From Alphaproteobacteria bacterium (GTDB taxonomy: Bacteria; Pseudomonadota; Alphaproteobacteria; UBA828): 64,000 nucleotides of DNA. The stretch is taken from the NCBI GenBank assembly GCA_965221125.1, contig CBDCRW010000003.1, forward strand, positions 448,001 through 512,000, given 5' to 3'. Both the position numbers and the translations under genes were made by a program. The notes below the pieces were generated by a model. The model saw nothing but the letters and a program-made list of their open reading frames with translations. It was not told the DNA's origin and did not search any database. Positions 1 to 7,956 of this stretch are shown in pieces; positions within the stretch are counted from its first letter, which is position 1; each line of letters begins with the position of its first letter.

Positions 1-2
1 AG

Positions 3-989
3 GACCGGGACGACAACGCCCTGCTGCAGCGCATGATCGCCCGCGCGGACGTCTTCGTGCAGAACTTGGCGCCGGGCGCTGCGGCGCGGGCGGGCCTCGA
101 TTCGGACGCGCTCCGGGCGCGGCATCCCCGCCTCGTCACCTGCGACATCAGCGGCTACGGCGAGAGCGGGCCGTACGCGGCGATGAAGGCCTACGACTTC
201 CTCATCCAGTGCGAATCGGGGATCGCGTCGGTGACGGGCACGCCGGAGTCGGCGAGCCGCGTCGGCGTCTCGGTCTGCGACATCGGGGCCGGGCTCAACG
301 CCTACGGCGCGATCCTGGAGGCGGTGCTGGGCCGCGAGCGGACGGGCCGGGGCTCAGGGATCCGGGTCTCGCTCTTCGACGGCATGGCGGACTGGATGAC
401 CGTGCCGCTGCTGCACCTGGAGCACGCCGGCCGGGCGCCCGCGCGCACGGGGCTCAGCCACGCCATGATCGCGCCCTACGGCGCCTACCCCGTGGGCTGC
501 GGCGGGCAGATGGTGATCGCGATCCAGAACGAGCGCGAGTGGGCGCGCTTCTGCACGCATATCCTGGGCGATGCGGCCCTTGGGCTCGACGAGCGCTTCG
601 CGGGCCACCCGGCGCGGCTTGCGAACCGGCCCGTGATGGACGCGCTGATCGTGGACGCCTTCAGCAAGCACGACATGGAGTCGCTGGCCGAGGCGCTCGG
701 CGCCGCGGGGATCGCCTTCGGCCGGCTCAACGATGTCGCGGGACTGTCCCAGCACCCGCAGCTTCGGCGCGCTGCCGTCGAGACGCCCGCCGGCCCGGTC
801 GAGATCGTGGCACCCCCCGCCCGCCACGCGGAGGGCGTGGACGGCGCGGGCCCGGACGGCGCAGGCCGGGACGGCGCGGCCGCGGCCGCCTCCCGCCCCC
901 TCCGCCCCGTCCCTGCCTTGGGCGAGCACAGCGCGGCAATCCGGGCGGAGTTTGGGAACACAGCTACTGATCCGGCGAAATTCCGCTAG
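3..989 (+). CDS. CoA-transferase family III (CaiB/BaiF), 5'-truncated by the window edge
   Basis: ADVFVQNLAPG, ISGYG..GPY...KAYD and DIGAG motifs; the frame is open to the window start. Confidence 0.9.
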   Translation, partial: DRDDNALLQRMIARADVFVQNLAPGAAARAGLDSDALRARHPRLVTCDISGYGESGPYAAMKAYDFLIQCESGIASVTGTPESASRVGVSVCDIGAGLNAYGAILEAVLGRERTGRGSGIRVSLFDGMADWMTVPLLHLEHAGRAPARTGLSHAMIAPYGAYPVGCGGQMVIAIQNEREWARFCTHILGDAALGLDERFAGHPARLANRPVMDALIVDAFSKHDMESLAEALGAAGIAFGRLNDVAGLSQHPQLRRAAVETPAGPVEIVAPPARHAEGVDGAGPDGAGRDGAAAAASRPLRPVPALGEHSAAIRAEFGNTATDPAKFR

Positions 990-1087
990 TCCGACTCGTC
1001 GTCGCCCCGCTTATTCTGGTGCATCCGTCGTACGGAAGTTGTAGTCAATTGCAGTGCGAGTGTTGGGTAATCGTTATATCAATGCAG

Positions 1088-1603
1088 TCAACTATCATTG
1101 CTCCTTGCATTCCACTTCCTCAACAAATCACACGCCGATTGAACGTCAGACAGATTATACTTGTCTATTGGCTCTCTACCGAGGTGTCCGAGCCAATTCC
1201 TAATGTCGTAAGGAAGTGGAGGCTCGTCATCAGAATAGAGCGAAAGCATTTTATCCCGAGTGTCAGAACTGCGTGTCTTGTAGTTAGACTCGAATGCCGA
1301 ATACTGCATCCAGAACTCACCAATAACTCCTGAAAGGTACGGCGCCGGATCTTCCTCCAATACACCTCTCAGGACAATGGGAACCCCATCAATTGGCAAG
1401 TTTGCCTTTCTGGCCTCAGTAAGCGCCTCATTGAACAGGCGAATTATCTTGCGCATTCTGGGCAATCTAGAATCTCTCTTGTGCAAATGCAGGAATGCAA
1501 TATCTACTTTGACGCCGACCTGACCCTCTATCTTTCTGGTGGCTCCCTTGACACCGGCCCCTAGGGCAAAAATCTCCATATCTTGAACTTTTGTAGGTCT
1601 CAT
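1088..1603 (-). CDS. Low-GC hypothetical protein with HEPN/DUF4145-like motifs (candidate RNase)
   Basis: 171-aa ORF in an AT-rich islet (1441-1500 is 25/60 GC); VLR79GVLE83 and R135NWLGH140; GGAG SD and sigma70-like promoter upstream. Confidence 0.6.
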   Translation of the reverse strand: MRPTKVQDMEIFALGAGVKGATRKIEGQVGVKVDIAFLHLHKRDSRLPRMRKIIRLFNEALTEARKANLPIDGVPIVLRGVLEEDPAPYLSGVIGEFWMQYSAFESNYKTRSSDTRDKMLSLYSDDEPPLPYDIRNWLGHLGREPIDKYNLSDVQSACDLLRKWNARSNDS

Positions 1604-1625
1604 CGCTGCCTTGTCTCCAGTAAAA

Positions 1626-1672
1626 TTCGTGACAGTTCACGAAAATATACGACCATTAGAGGCTAATGGCAA
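1626..1672 (-). promoter_or_regulatory. Sigma70-type promoter with two operator-like palindromes for the 171-aa gene
   Basis: Minus strand TTGCCA(1672-1667)-N17-TATATT(1649-1644); CCATTAG-N3-CTAATGG at 1653-1669; TTCGTGA-N4-TCACGAA at 1626-1643. Confidence 0.65.
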
Positions 1673-1751
1673 ATCTGCGTGGCAGCCTTTCTAGAGTCTC
1701 TAATGTAGGTACCAACCCCAACTCCGGTTCCTTGTTTATCCATTGCATTCA

Positions 1752-1868
1752 GTATCTCCACGCTTGGCGTGGTGGTCTATCAACGGGATCGGACCGGAGA
1801 ACGTGCCTGACCGCCGGCACGGCCGCGCTTGGCGCGGGGAGATACCCGGAACGAGTCCGGGCATGACG
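1752..1868. repeat. CGTC-tagged REP-like palindrome, the left partner of the pair apparently truncated
   Basis: GGAGATACCCGGAACGAGTCCGGGCATGACG (1838-1868; minus strand CGTCATGCCCGGACTCGTTCCGGGTATC); inverted GTATCTCC at 1752; twin hairpins CCACGC-TTG-GCGTGG and CCGCGC-TTG-GCGCGG. Confidence 0.6.
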
Positions 1869-2243
1869 TATAGGGGGCTCCGGGCACGACGTGTGGGGGC
1901 GGCTGCGTCACGGGGCCGCATCATCCGGCGGGGACGTGATGCGGGCGGCGCGTCGCGCGGCTGACGGTCGGCTGGGACTCCAGGCTCCGCCGATTGCCCG
2001 GACCATGGTGCGGTGCACCGCGCCGGGCGTTCGCGCGATCATCGTGGCATGTGGCAGTCGGAAAGCCCCGCGTGTGTCCGCACGACGGAGAGGGCGCGCG
2101 CAGCAGAAGGAGACCCGAAGAGTGGGGAGTCGTGGCGCGGGGCGTTGCCCAGGGCGGTCCGTATCGTCGCCGGGGGCCGGCACTGCACATGCGCCGCCGC
2201 GGCTTCTGTCGCCGCCATTCGGAAGCGCGGCTGCCCGTTTTGT

Positions 2244-2342
2244 CGTATCTCACCTTGTCTCGGCTTGTCTCGGCTTATCTCGGCTTATCTCGGCTTATCT
2301 CGGCTTTTTCGGCAAAAAAAGTTGGCGGACAAGTGAGATACG
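2244..2342. repeat. 10-bp tandem array (CGGCTTATCT, ~6 units) enclosed by an inverted repeat
   Basis: Units start at 2251, 2261, 2271, 2281, 2291, 2301; CGTATCTCACCTTGTC (2244-2259) pairs with GACAAGTGAGATACG (2328-2342). Confidence 0.9.
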
Positions 2343-2360
2343 CCGCCGGCATTCCCGTAT

Positions 2361-2375
2361 GTTCGTAATATGTTC
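2361..2375. promoter_or_regulatory. Alphaproteobacterial LexA (SOS) box
   Basis: GTTC-GTAATAT-GTTC, an exact GTTC-N7-GTTC with AT-rich spacer, intergenic. Confidence 0.7.
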
Positions 2376-2463
2376 CGCATGGGGAGGTCACGCATATGGC
2401 CGTCAGGGCAGCATCGCTCGCTGCGTCGCGGAGGCGCGGCGCGGGGGTGGTTGGCGCGCGGGA

Positions 2464-2642
2464 CTGGAGCGTATCCGTTCAACACGGAAACACTCCGACT
2501 CTTTGTCGCTCACGGCAGCTGGCCGTCGCGCGATTCCGCGCGCCTACCGGCGCGACGACCAGCGCCTCCGCGAGGGCGCCGCATTCGCGGCGGGCCGCTA
2601 TCGCGGCCTAGAGCGCGTCCGTCAAAGCCGGACGCGCTCTAG
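2464..2642. repeat. Palindromic mosaic element family A, copy 1 (RIME/BRU-RS/CIR-like)
   Basis: Terminal hairpin CTAGAGCGCGTCCG-N7-CGGACGCGCTCTAG; the core is the reverse complement of the copies at 4963 and 15386. Confidence 0.85.
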
Positions 2643-2863
2643 TTCAGGCCGAAGTCGCCGAAGCGCTTGTTGAAGCGCGAGACCTGGCCGCCGCGGTCGA
2701 CGAGGCGCTGGGCGCCGCCGGTCCACACCGGGTGCGAGAGCGGGTCGATATCCAGCGTCAGCGTGTCGCCCGCCTTGCCCCACGTGGAGCGCGTGATAAA
2801 CGTGCTGCCGTCGGTTCGAACGACGGTGATCTCGTGGTAGTCGGGATGAATGTCTTTCTTCAT
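2639..2863 (-). CDS. rpmE: 50S ribosomal protein L31 (Cys-free type)
   Basis: [10 protein letters not shown]...[13 protein letters not shown]...RFNKRF. Confidence 0.97.
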   Translation of the reverse strand: MKKDIHPDYHEITVVRTDGSTFITRSTWGKAGDTLTLDIDPLSHPVWTGGAQRLVDRGGQVSRFNKRFGDFGLN

Positions 2864-2950
2864 GGCGGGCCCCGCTTGCGGAGCGGCCTAGATACAGACA
2901 GGGCGGGAATAGCGCAAGCGCTTGTGTGCTCTTGCGACGACCCCACCTCC

Positions 2951-3066
2951 CCCTGTCCCAAGTTAATCTTTTCCCTCAACGGCGGGCGCTCGCTCCGCTC
3001 GCTTGCCTACGCGCTTCGCGCGGCGCGCGGTCGCGCGCTCCGGGCCTGCGGCCCGGCAATACGGAG
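2951..3066. repeat. Palindromic mosaic element family B, copy 1
   Basis: GGGCGCTCGCTCCGCTCGCTTG.CTACGCGCTTCGCGCG...TCCGGGCCTGCGGCCCGG; inverted near-copy at 26253-26370. Confidence 0.85.
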
Positions 3067-3108
3067 CGCAGACCTGGAAGTTGCCGGGGCAAGCATGGAG
3101 CAGCAACG

Positions 3109-4965
3109 GTGAGCATCCTCGGGCCGAGCGGCCGGCGCGGGCGGGACGACGGGGCGTCCTCCGCCGTGGCCGCTCGCGGCGAGATCGGCCGCATCCGCTA
3201 CCTCTTCCGCTTCCTCGCGCCCTACCGCTGGGTGATGGCGGCGGCGGTCATAGCACTCTGCGTGAGCGCGGCGGCGGTGCTCGCGCTGGGCCAGGGGCTG
3301 CGCGTCCTGATCGACGACGGGCTGAGCAGCGAGGAGATCGGCCGCCTGCACGAGGCGCTGATCTACATGGCGGGCATGGTGGGCCTGCTGGCGGCCGGGA
3401 CCTTCACCCGCTTCTACTTGGTCTCGTGGCTGGGCGAGCGGGTGGTGGCGGACATCAGGCGGGCGGTGTTCCGCCGGCTGGTGGGCTTGAGCCCCGCCTT
3501 CTTCGAGATCAACAAGGTGGGCGAGCTGCTGTCGCGCATCACCACCGACACCACCCTGCTGCAGACGATGATCGGCCAGCAGGCGTCGTCGGCGCTCCGC
3601 AACCTGATGCTCTTCCTCGGTGCCAGCGCGATGCTGGTGGTGACGAGCCCGACGCTCACCGGCTTCGTGGTGCTGATGGTGCCGGTCGTGGTGATCCCCA
3701 TCGTCGTGCTCGGCCGGCGCGTGCGGCGCTACTCCCGCCTCGCGCAGGACCGCGTGGGCGACGTCGGCGGCCACCTGGAGGAAGCGCTCGGCGGCATCCG
3801 CACGGTGCAGGCCTTCGGCCAGGAGGAACGCAGCGGCGAGCGCTTCGCCGAGCACGTGGAAGGCGCCTTCCGCGCGGCGCTGAAGCGGGTGCAGGCGCGG
3901 GCGCTGCTGACCGCCATCGTCATCGTGCTGGTCTTCTGCGGCGTCGGCCTCGTGCTCTGGATCGCCGGCACCACCGTGCTGCAGGGCGGGATGACCGGCG
4001 GCGAGATGACCGCCTTCATGTTCTACGCCGTGGTGGTCGCGGGCTCGGTGGGCTCGCTCAGCGAGGTCTACGGCGACCTGCAGCACGCGGCGGGCGCTGC
4101 CGAGCGGCTGGCGGAGCTGCTGAGCGAGGAACCGGCGTTGGCGCCCGCGCCGGCGGCGGTGCGGCCCTTGCCGGAGCCGCAGCGGGGCGCGGTGACGCTC
4201 GACCGCGCGACCTTCCACTACCCTGCGCGGCCCGACGCGCCCGCGCTGCACGAGCTTTCGCTCAGCGTCGCACCGGGGGAGACGGTAGCCCTCGTCGGCC
4301 CCTCGGGCGCGGGCAAGTCGACCGTGTTCAACCTGCTGCTCCGCTTCTACGACCCGGAAGCCGGGCACGTCGCGCTGGACGGGGTGGACCTGCGCGAGGC
4401 GCCGCTGGATGCGGTGCGGCGCTCGTTCGCGCTGGTGCCGCAGGACGCGGTGATCTTCGCCGCGAGCGCGCGGGAGAACATCCGCTTCGGCCGGCCCGAG
4501 GCGAGCGACGGGGAGGTCCGCGCCGCAGCCGAGGCGGCGGGCGCCGCGGCCTTCCTCGACAGCCTGCCGGAGGGCTTCGATACCTTCCTCGGCGAGAAGG
4601 GGACGCGGCTCTCGGGCGGGCAGAAGCAGCGGCTCGCGCTCGCCCGCGCCGTGCTGCGCAACCCGGCGGTCCTGCTGCTCGACGAGGCGACCAGCGCGCT
4701 CGACGCCGAGAGCGAGCGCGCGGTGCAGGCGGCGCTGGAGCGGCTGATGGCGGGGCGGACCACCATCGTCATCGCGCACAGGCTGGCGACCGTGCAGAAG
4801 GCCGACCGCATCGTGGTGATGGACGCGGGCCGCGTCGTCGCCGAGGGGACGCATCAGGCGCTGATGGCGCGGGGCGGACTCTACGCGCGCCTCGCCGCGC
4901 TCCAGTTCAACGACGGCCGCGAGGAGGACGCGGCGGAGGACGCGCCGCGAAGCGCTGCGGGGTAG
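3109..4965 (+). CDS. MsbA-related ABC exporter, fused permease/ATPase
   Basis: N-terminal TM domain; Walker A GPSGAGKST, LSGGQKQR, LLLDEATSALD; GTG start at 3109 chosen after GGAG (the longer ORF reads through repeat B). Confidence 0.9.
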   Translation: MSILGPSGRRGRDDGASSAVAARGEIGRIRYLFRFLAPYRWVMAAAVIALCVSAAAVLALGQGLRVLIDDGLSSEEIGRLHEALIYMAGMVGLLAAGTFTRFYLVSWLGERVVADIRRAVFRRLVGLSPAFFEINKVGELLSRITTDTTLLQTMIGQQASSALRNLMLFLGASAMLVVTSPTLTGFVVLMVPVVVIPIVVLGRRVRRYSRLAQDRVGDVGGHLEEALGGIRTVQAFGQEERSGERFAEHVEGAFRAALKRVQARALLTAIVIVLVFCGVGLVLWIAGTTVLQGGMTGGEMTAFMFYAVVVAGSVGSLSEVYGDLQHAAGAAERLAELLSEEPALAPAPAAVRPLPEPQRGAVTLDRATFHYPARPDAPALHELSLSVAPGETVALVGPSGAGKSTVFNLLLRFYDPEAGHVALDGVDLREAPLDAVRRSFALVPQDAVIFAASARENIRFGRPEASDGEVRAAAEAAGAAAFLDSLPEGFDTFLGEKGTRLSGGQKQRLALARAVLRNPAVLLLDEATSALDAESERAVQAALERLMAGRTTIVIAHRLATVQKADRIVVMDAGRVVAEGTHQALMARGGLYARLAALQFNDGREEDAAEDAPRSAAG

Positions 4966-5144
4966 CATTCCGGAGCGAGCCCGTCTTTCGCGGGCTCGCG
5001 ACAAGGCCGCGACCGCGGCCCGCCGCGAATGCGGCGCACATCGCGCGCCCCTGCGCGCGTAGCCGCGCGACGCGGAGGCGCCGGCCGTCGCGCCGGTAGG
5101 CGCGCGGAATCGCGCGACGGCCGGCTGCCGTGAGCGAAAAACTA
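4963..5144. repeat. Palindromic mosaic element family A, copy 2
   Basis: Fills the whole gap between two convergent TAG stops; shares GGCCGCGAC.GCGGCCCGCCGCGAATGCGGCG...CTGCCGTGAGCGA core. Confidence 0.85.
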
Positions 5145-6572
5145 CCGCTGCGTGAGCTTCAGCTCGATGCGGCGGTTGCGGCGGTGGGCGATCTCGTCGT
5201 CGCGGTCGTCGAGGGGCTGGAACTCGCCGTAGCCGGTGGCACTCAGGCGCTCCGGCGGGATGCCGAGGGCGATGAGGAAGTTCACCACCGAGATCGCGCG
5301 CGCGGTCGAAAGCTCCCAGTTGGACGGGAAGCGCGCCGTCTGGATCGGCCGGGCATCGGTGTGGCCGTCGACCTGCAGGATCCACGGCAGCTCCGTCGGG
5401 ATCTGATCCATGACCTCCTTGAGGACCTGGGCGAACTGCCAGAGGCGCTCGTGGCCTTCCGCCTCCAGCTGGTCGGAGGCGGAGGCGAACAGCACCTCCG
5501 ACTGGAAGACGAAGCGGTCGCCGATGATGGTGAAGTCGCGCCGCTCGCTCAGCACCTCGCGGAGGCGGCCGAAGAACTCGGAGCGGTAGGCGGCGAGCTC
5601 CTCGACCTTGGCGGCGAGCGCCATGTTGAGGCGCTGGCCGAGGTTGGCGATGGTCACCTCCTGCTCCTCGCTCTTCAGCTCGGAGATCTGGAGCGCCTGC
5701 TCGACGCGGCTGAGCTGCGCCCTGAGCGCGTCGAGCTGCTGGTTGAGGACGGCGATCTGGTCGCGCTGGCGGGCGCTCAGCGCGCGGGTCTCGCTCATCG
5801 ACGCCTCGTTGCCCTCGATGGTGGTCTGGGCTGCCAGGTGAAGGGCCTGCACCTCGGCGAGGCGGATTTCGCGTTCCTCCAGCGTGCGCTGGGCGAGCAC
5901 CGTGCGCTCCTGCTCGTCCGACAGGCGCGCCTCCAGCTCCGCCGTGGTGTCCCGGAGCGCGGAGAGGTCGGCGCGCACGGCCGCCGTCTCGTCCTCGCTC
6001 TGGTCGAGCTCGCTGCGGCTTTCCACCAGCGCCGCGGCCATCAGGCTGACCTTGGCTTCGAGGTCCCTGCGCACGGCCTGCAGCGCGTCGACGTCGCGGC
6101 GCAGGCGCTCGACGTCGGAGAGCAGGACCTTGATCTTCTCCTCGCCGGCATCGGCCCTGATCGACGCCTGGGCGGCTTCGGCGAGCGCGGTCTGCCCCTC
6201 GCCGGTCATCTCCCTGAGCCGGAGCTGCAGCGTGTCGCGCTCGCCGGTCACCATCGAGAGCTCGGCGATGAGCTGGTCGCGGACGGAGAGCGAGGACTGA
6301 AGCTGATCGGCGAGCTGGGCGATGTTGAGCCTGAGGTCCGCATTCGCCTGCTGCTCCAGGGAGAGCATCTCGTCGAGGCTGTTCAGCTCCGCCTGGATGT
6401 CGTCCTTTTCCTCGGCTTCCTCCGAGAGGGTCCGCTGCAAGAAATATTGCGCCAGCATGTAGACGACGAGCAGGAAGATCATGACCAGGAGCAGCGTCGA
6501 CATCAGGTCGACGAATCCGGGCCAGTAGTCGGCGCGCGAGCCTCTGCGTCTCAGGCGCGATGCGGCGTTCAC
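5142..6572 (-). CDS. MotB/OmpA-like peptidoglycan-binding protein with long coiled coil
   Basis: N-terminal TM WPGFVDLMSTLL; coiled-coil-like middle; VDGHTD, NWELSTARA, NRRIE OmpA-C motifs. Confidence 0.88.
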   Translation of the reverse strand: MNAASRLRRRGSRADYWPGFVDLMSTLLLVMIFLLVVYMLAQYFLQRTLSEEAEEKDDIQAELNSLDEMLSLEQQANADLRLNIAQLADQLQSSLSVRDQLIAELSMVTGERDTLQLRLREMTGEGQTALAEAAQASIRADAGEEKIKVLLSDVERLRRDVDALQAVRRDLEAKVSLMAAALVESRSELDQSEDETAAVRADLSALRDTTAELEARLSDEQERTVLAQRTLEEREIRLAEVQALHLAAQTTIEGNEASMSETRALSARQRDQIAVLNQQLDALRAQLSRVEQALQISELKSEEQEVTIANLGQRLNMALAAKVEELAAYRSEFFGRLREVLSERRDFTIIGDRFVFQSEVLFASASDQLEAEGHERLWQFAQVLKEVMDQIPTELPWILQVDGHTDARPIQTARFPSNWELSTARAISVVNFLIALGIPPERLSATGYGEFQPLDDRDDEIAHRRNRRIELKLTQR

Positions 6573-6596
6573 CGGGCGGCCTCCCGCGCTCAGCCT

Positions 6597-7748
6597 CTAG
6601 CGGCGGTTGTTTTCCGCGACCGCCGCTATGGTCCGGGCAAGGAGCTTGATCTCGCTGCGCAACTCGGAAACCGACTGCTCCCGCCCGGAGACACTCTCCT
6701 CCAGGAGGCGCTGGAGATAGACGTCCATGTTGCGCAGGTGGGCGCGGCTGGGCTCGTCGAGGCCGGTCTCGCGGGTGGCGCCGGCCGCGAGCCGCTCCAG
6801 CACCGGGCGCATCTCGAGCTGGTTCTCGACCAGCTTGACCATAAGGTCCTGCTCGGAGCGCATGTGGTCCGTGAGCGTCGCCAGCCGCTCGGTGAGCGAG
6901 AGCAGGTTGGCGGACGACGACGCCCGCTGCTCCTCGCCGCGGGCGAGCGTTCGCTGCAGGTCCTCCAGGCTGTCGGCGGTCTTCTCCAGGAGCGCGCTGA
7001 CGTAGGCCGGAACCGACTGGTCGCCGTCCATCCCGAGCGTGCCGCCGGTGAGCCGGGTGTAGGAGGAGAGCCAGTCCTCGAGCTCGTTGTAGAAGCGGTT
7101 CTGCGCCTGGCTCGCCTGCAAATCGAGAAAGCCGAGGACGAGCGAGCCGGCAAGGCCGAAGAGCGACGAGCTGAAGGCGGTGCCCATCCCTTCGAGCGGG
7201 GCTTCGAGGCCGCCCTTGAGGTCGTCGAAGACGCCGAGCATGTCCTGGTTCGCGACCGAGAGATCGCCGATCACGCCGCCGACGGAGGTTACGGTCTGGA
7301 GCAGGCCCCAGAACGTGCCGAGCAGGCCGAGGAAGATCAGCAGGCCGATCATGTAGCGCGAGAGGTCGCGGGACTCGTCGAGCCGCGAGCCGATGCCGTC
7401 GAGCAGGCTGCGCAGTGAGACGGCGGACAGCGTCATGCGGCCCTGCCGGTCCGCCAGCATGGACGCGAGCGGCGCCAGCAGGCGCGGATTGCGCGCGGAC
7501 GCCGGCGCCGCCGCGCCCGGCACCTCGGCCTGCTTCACCGCCGCCAGCCAGGACGAATCGGGCTTCAGCAGCAGGACCTGCCGGAAGTTGTAGACGATGC
7601 CGATGATCAGGGCGCCGAGGATGACGCCGTTCAGCACCGAGTTGGCGAAGAATGCCTCGGCCAGGGTGCCGATCAGCACGACCACGACCCCGACCACGAG
7701 GGCCAGGAACAGGCTCATGCGAATGAGGAATGGCCGCTGTCCGCTCAT
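6597..7748 (-). CDS. MotA/TolQ/ExbB-like proton-channel protein with C-terminal helical tail
   Basis: LGLLGTFWGL and GMGTAFSSSLFGL TM motifs; ATG at 7748 chosen. Confidence 0.85.
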   Translation of the reverse strand: MSGQRPFLIRMSLFLALVVGVVVVLIGTLAEAFFANSVLNGVILGALIIGIVYNFRQVLLLKPDSSWLAAVKQAEVPGAAAPASARNPRLLAPLASMLADRQGRMTLSAVSLRSLLDGIGSRLDESRDLSRYMIGLLIFLGLLGTFWGLLQTVTSVGGVIGDLSVANQDMLGVFDDLKGGLEAPLEGMGTAFSSSLFGLAGSLVLGFLDLQASQAQNRFYNELEDWLSSYTRLTGGTLGMDGDQSVPAYVSALLEKTADSLEDLQRTLARGEEQRASSSANLLSLTERLATLTDHMRSEQDLMVKLVENQLEMRPVLERLAAGATRETGLDEPSRAHLRNMDVYLQRLLEESVSGREQSVSELRSEIKLLARTIAAVAENNRR

Positions 7749-7846
7749 CGCCTGTCCGTCATCCCCGCCGCATCCGGCCGGCAATCCAAGGACGCCCGCC
7801 GGCTTCCTCGGCGGCCGTCGCACAACCCACGGTAGCGGGCCACACT

Positions 7847-7896
7847 ATTACACGCTGGCGCAGGCCGACAAATTACACGCTGGCGCAGGCCGACAA
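7847..7896. repeat. Perfect 25-bp tandem duplication
   Basis: ATTACACGCTGGCGCAGGCCGACAA at 7847-7871 and 7872-7896. Confidence 0.95.
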
Positions 7897-7956
7897 CCGG
7901 CCGCCCGGACGATTCGCGCGCCATGCAATCGCTTGCGCATGTCCTGCCAGCCTGGC

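Noticed and set aside
839-883. 3x15-bp repeat encoding DGAGP-DGAGR-DGAAA in the CoA-transferase
   Set aside because: Simple in-frame slippage in a linker; no sign of function
1019-1333. 104-aa + strand ORF as a possible antitoxin
   Set aside because: Mostly antisense to the 171-aa gene, no clear SD or domain
2244-2342. CRISPR array
   Set aside because: 10-bp units with no spacers and no cas genes
1870-2370. Several 70-260 aa ORFs on both strands (e.g. 1891..2673, 1921..2253, 1994..2368)
   Set aside because: Arg/Ala/Gly-rich, no recognisable motifs, some translating the tandem repeat; treated as non-coding
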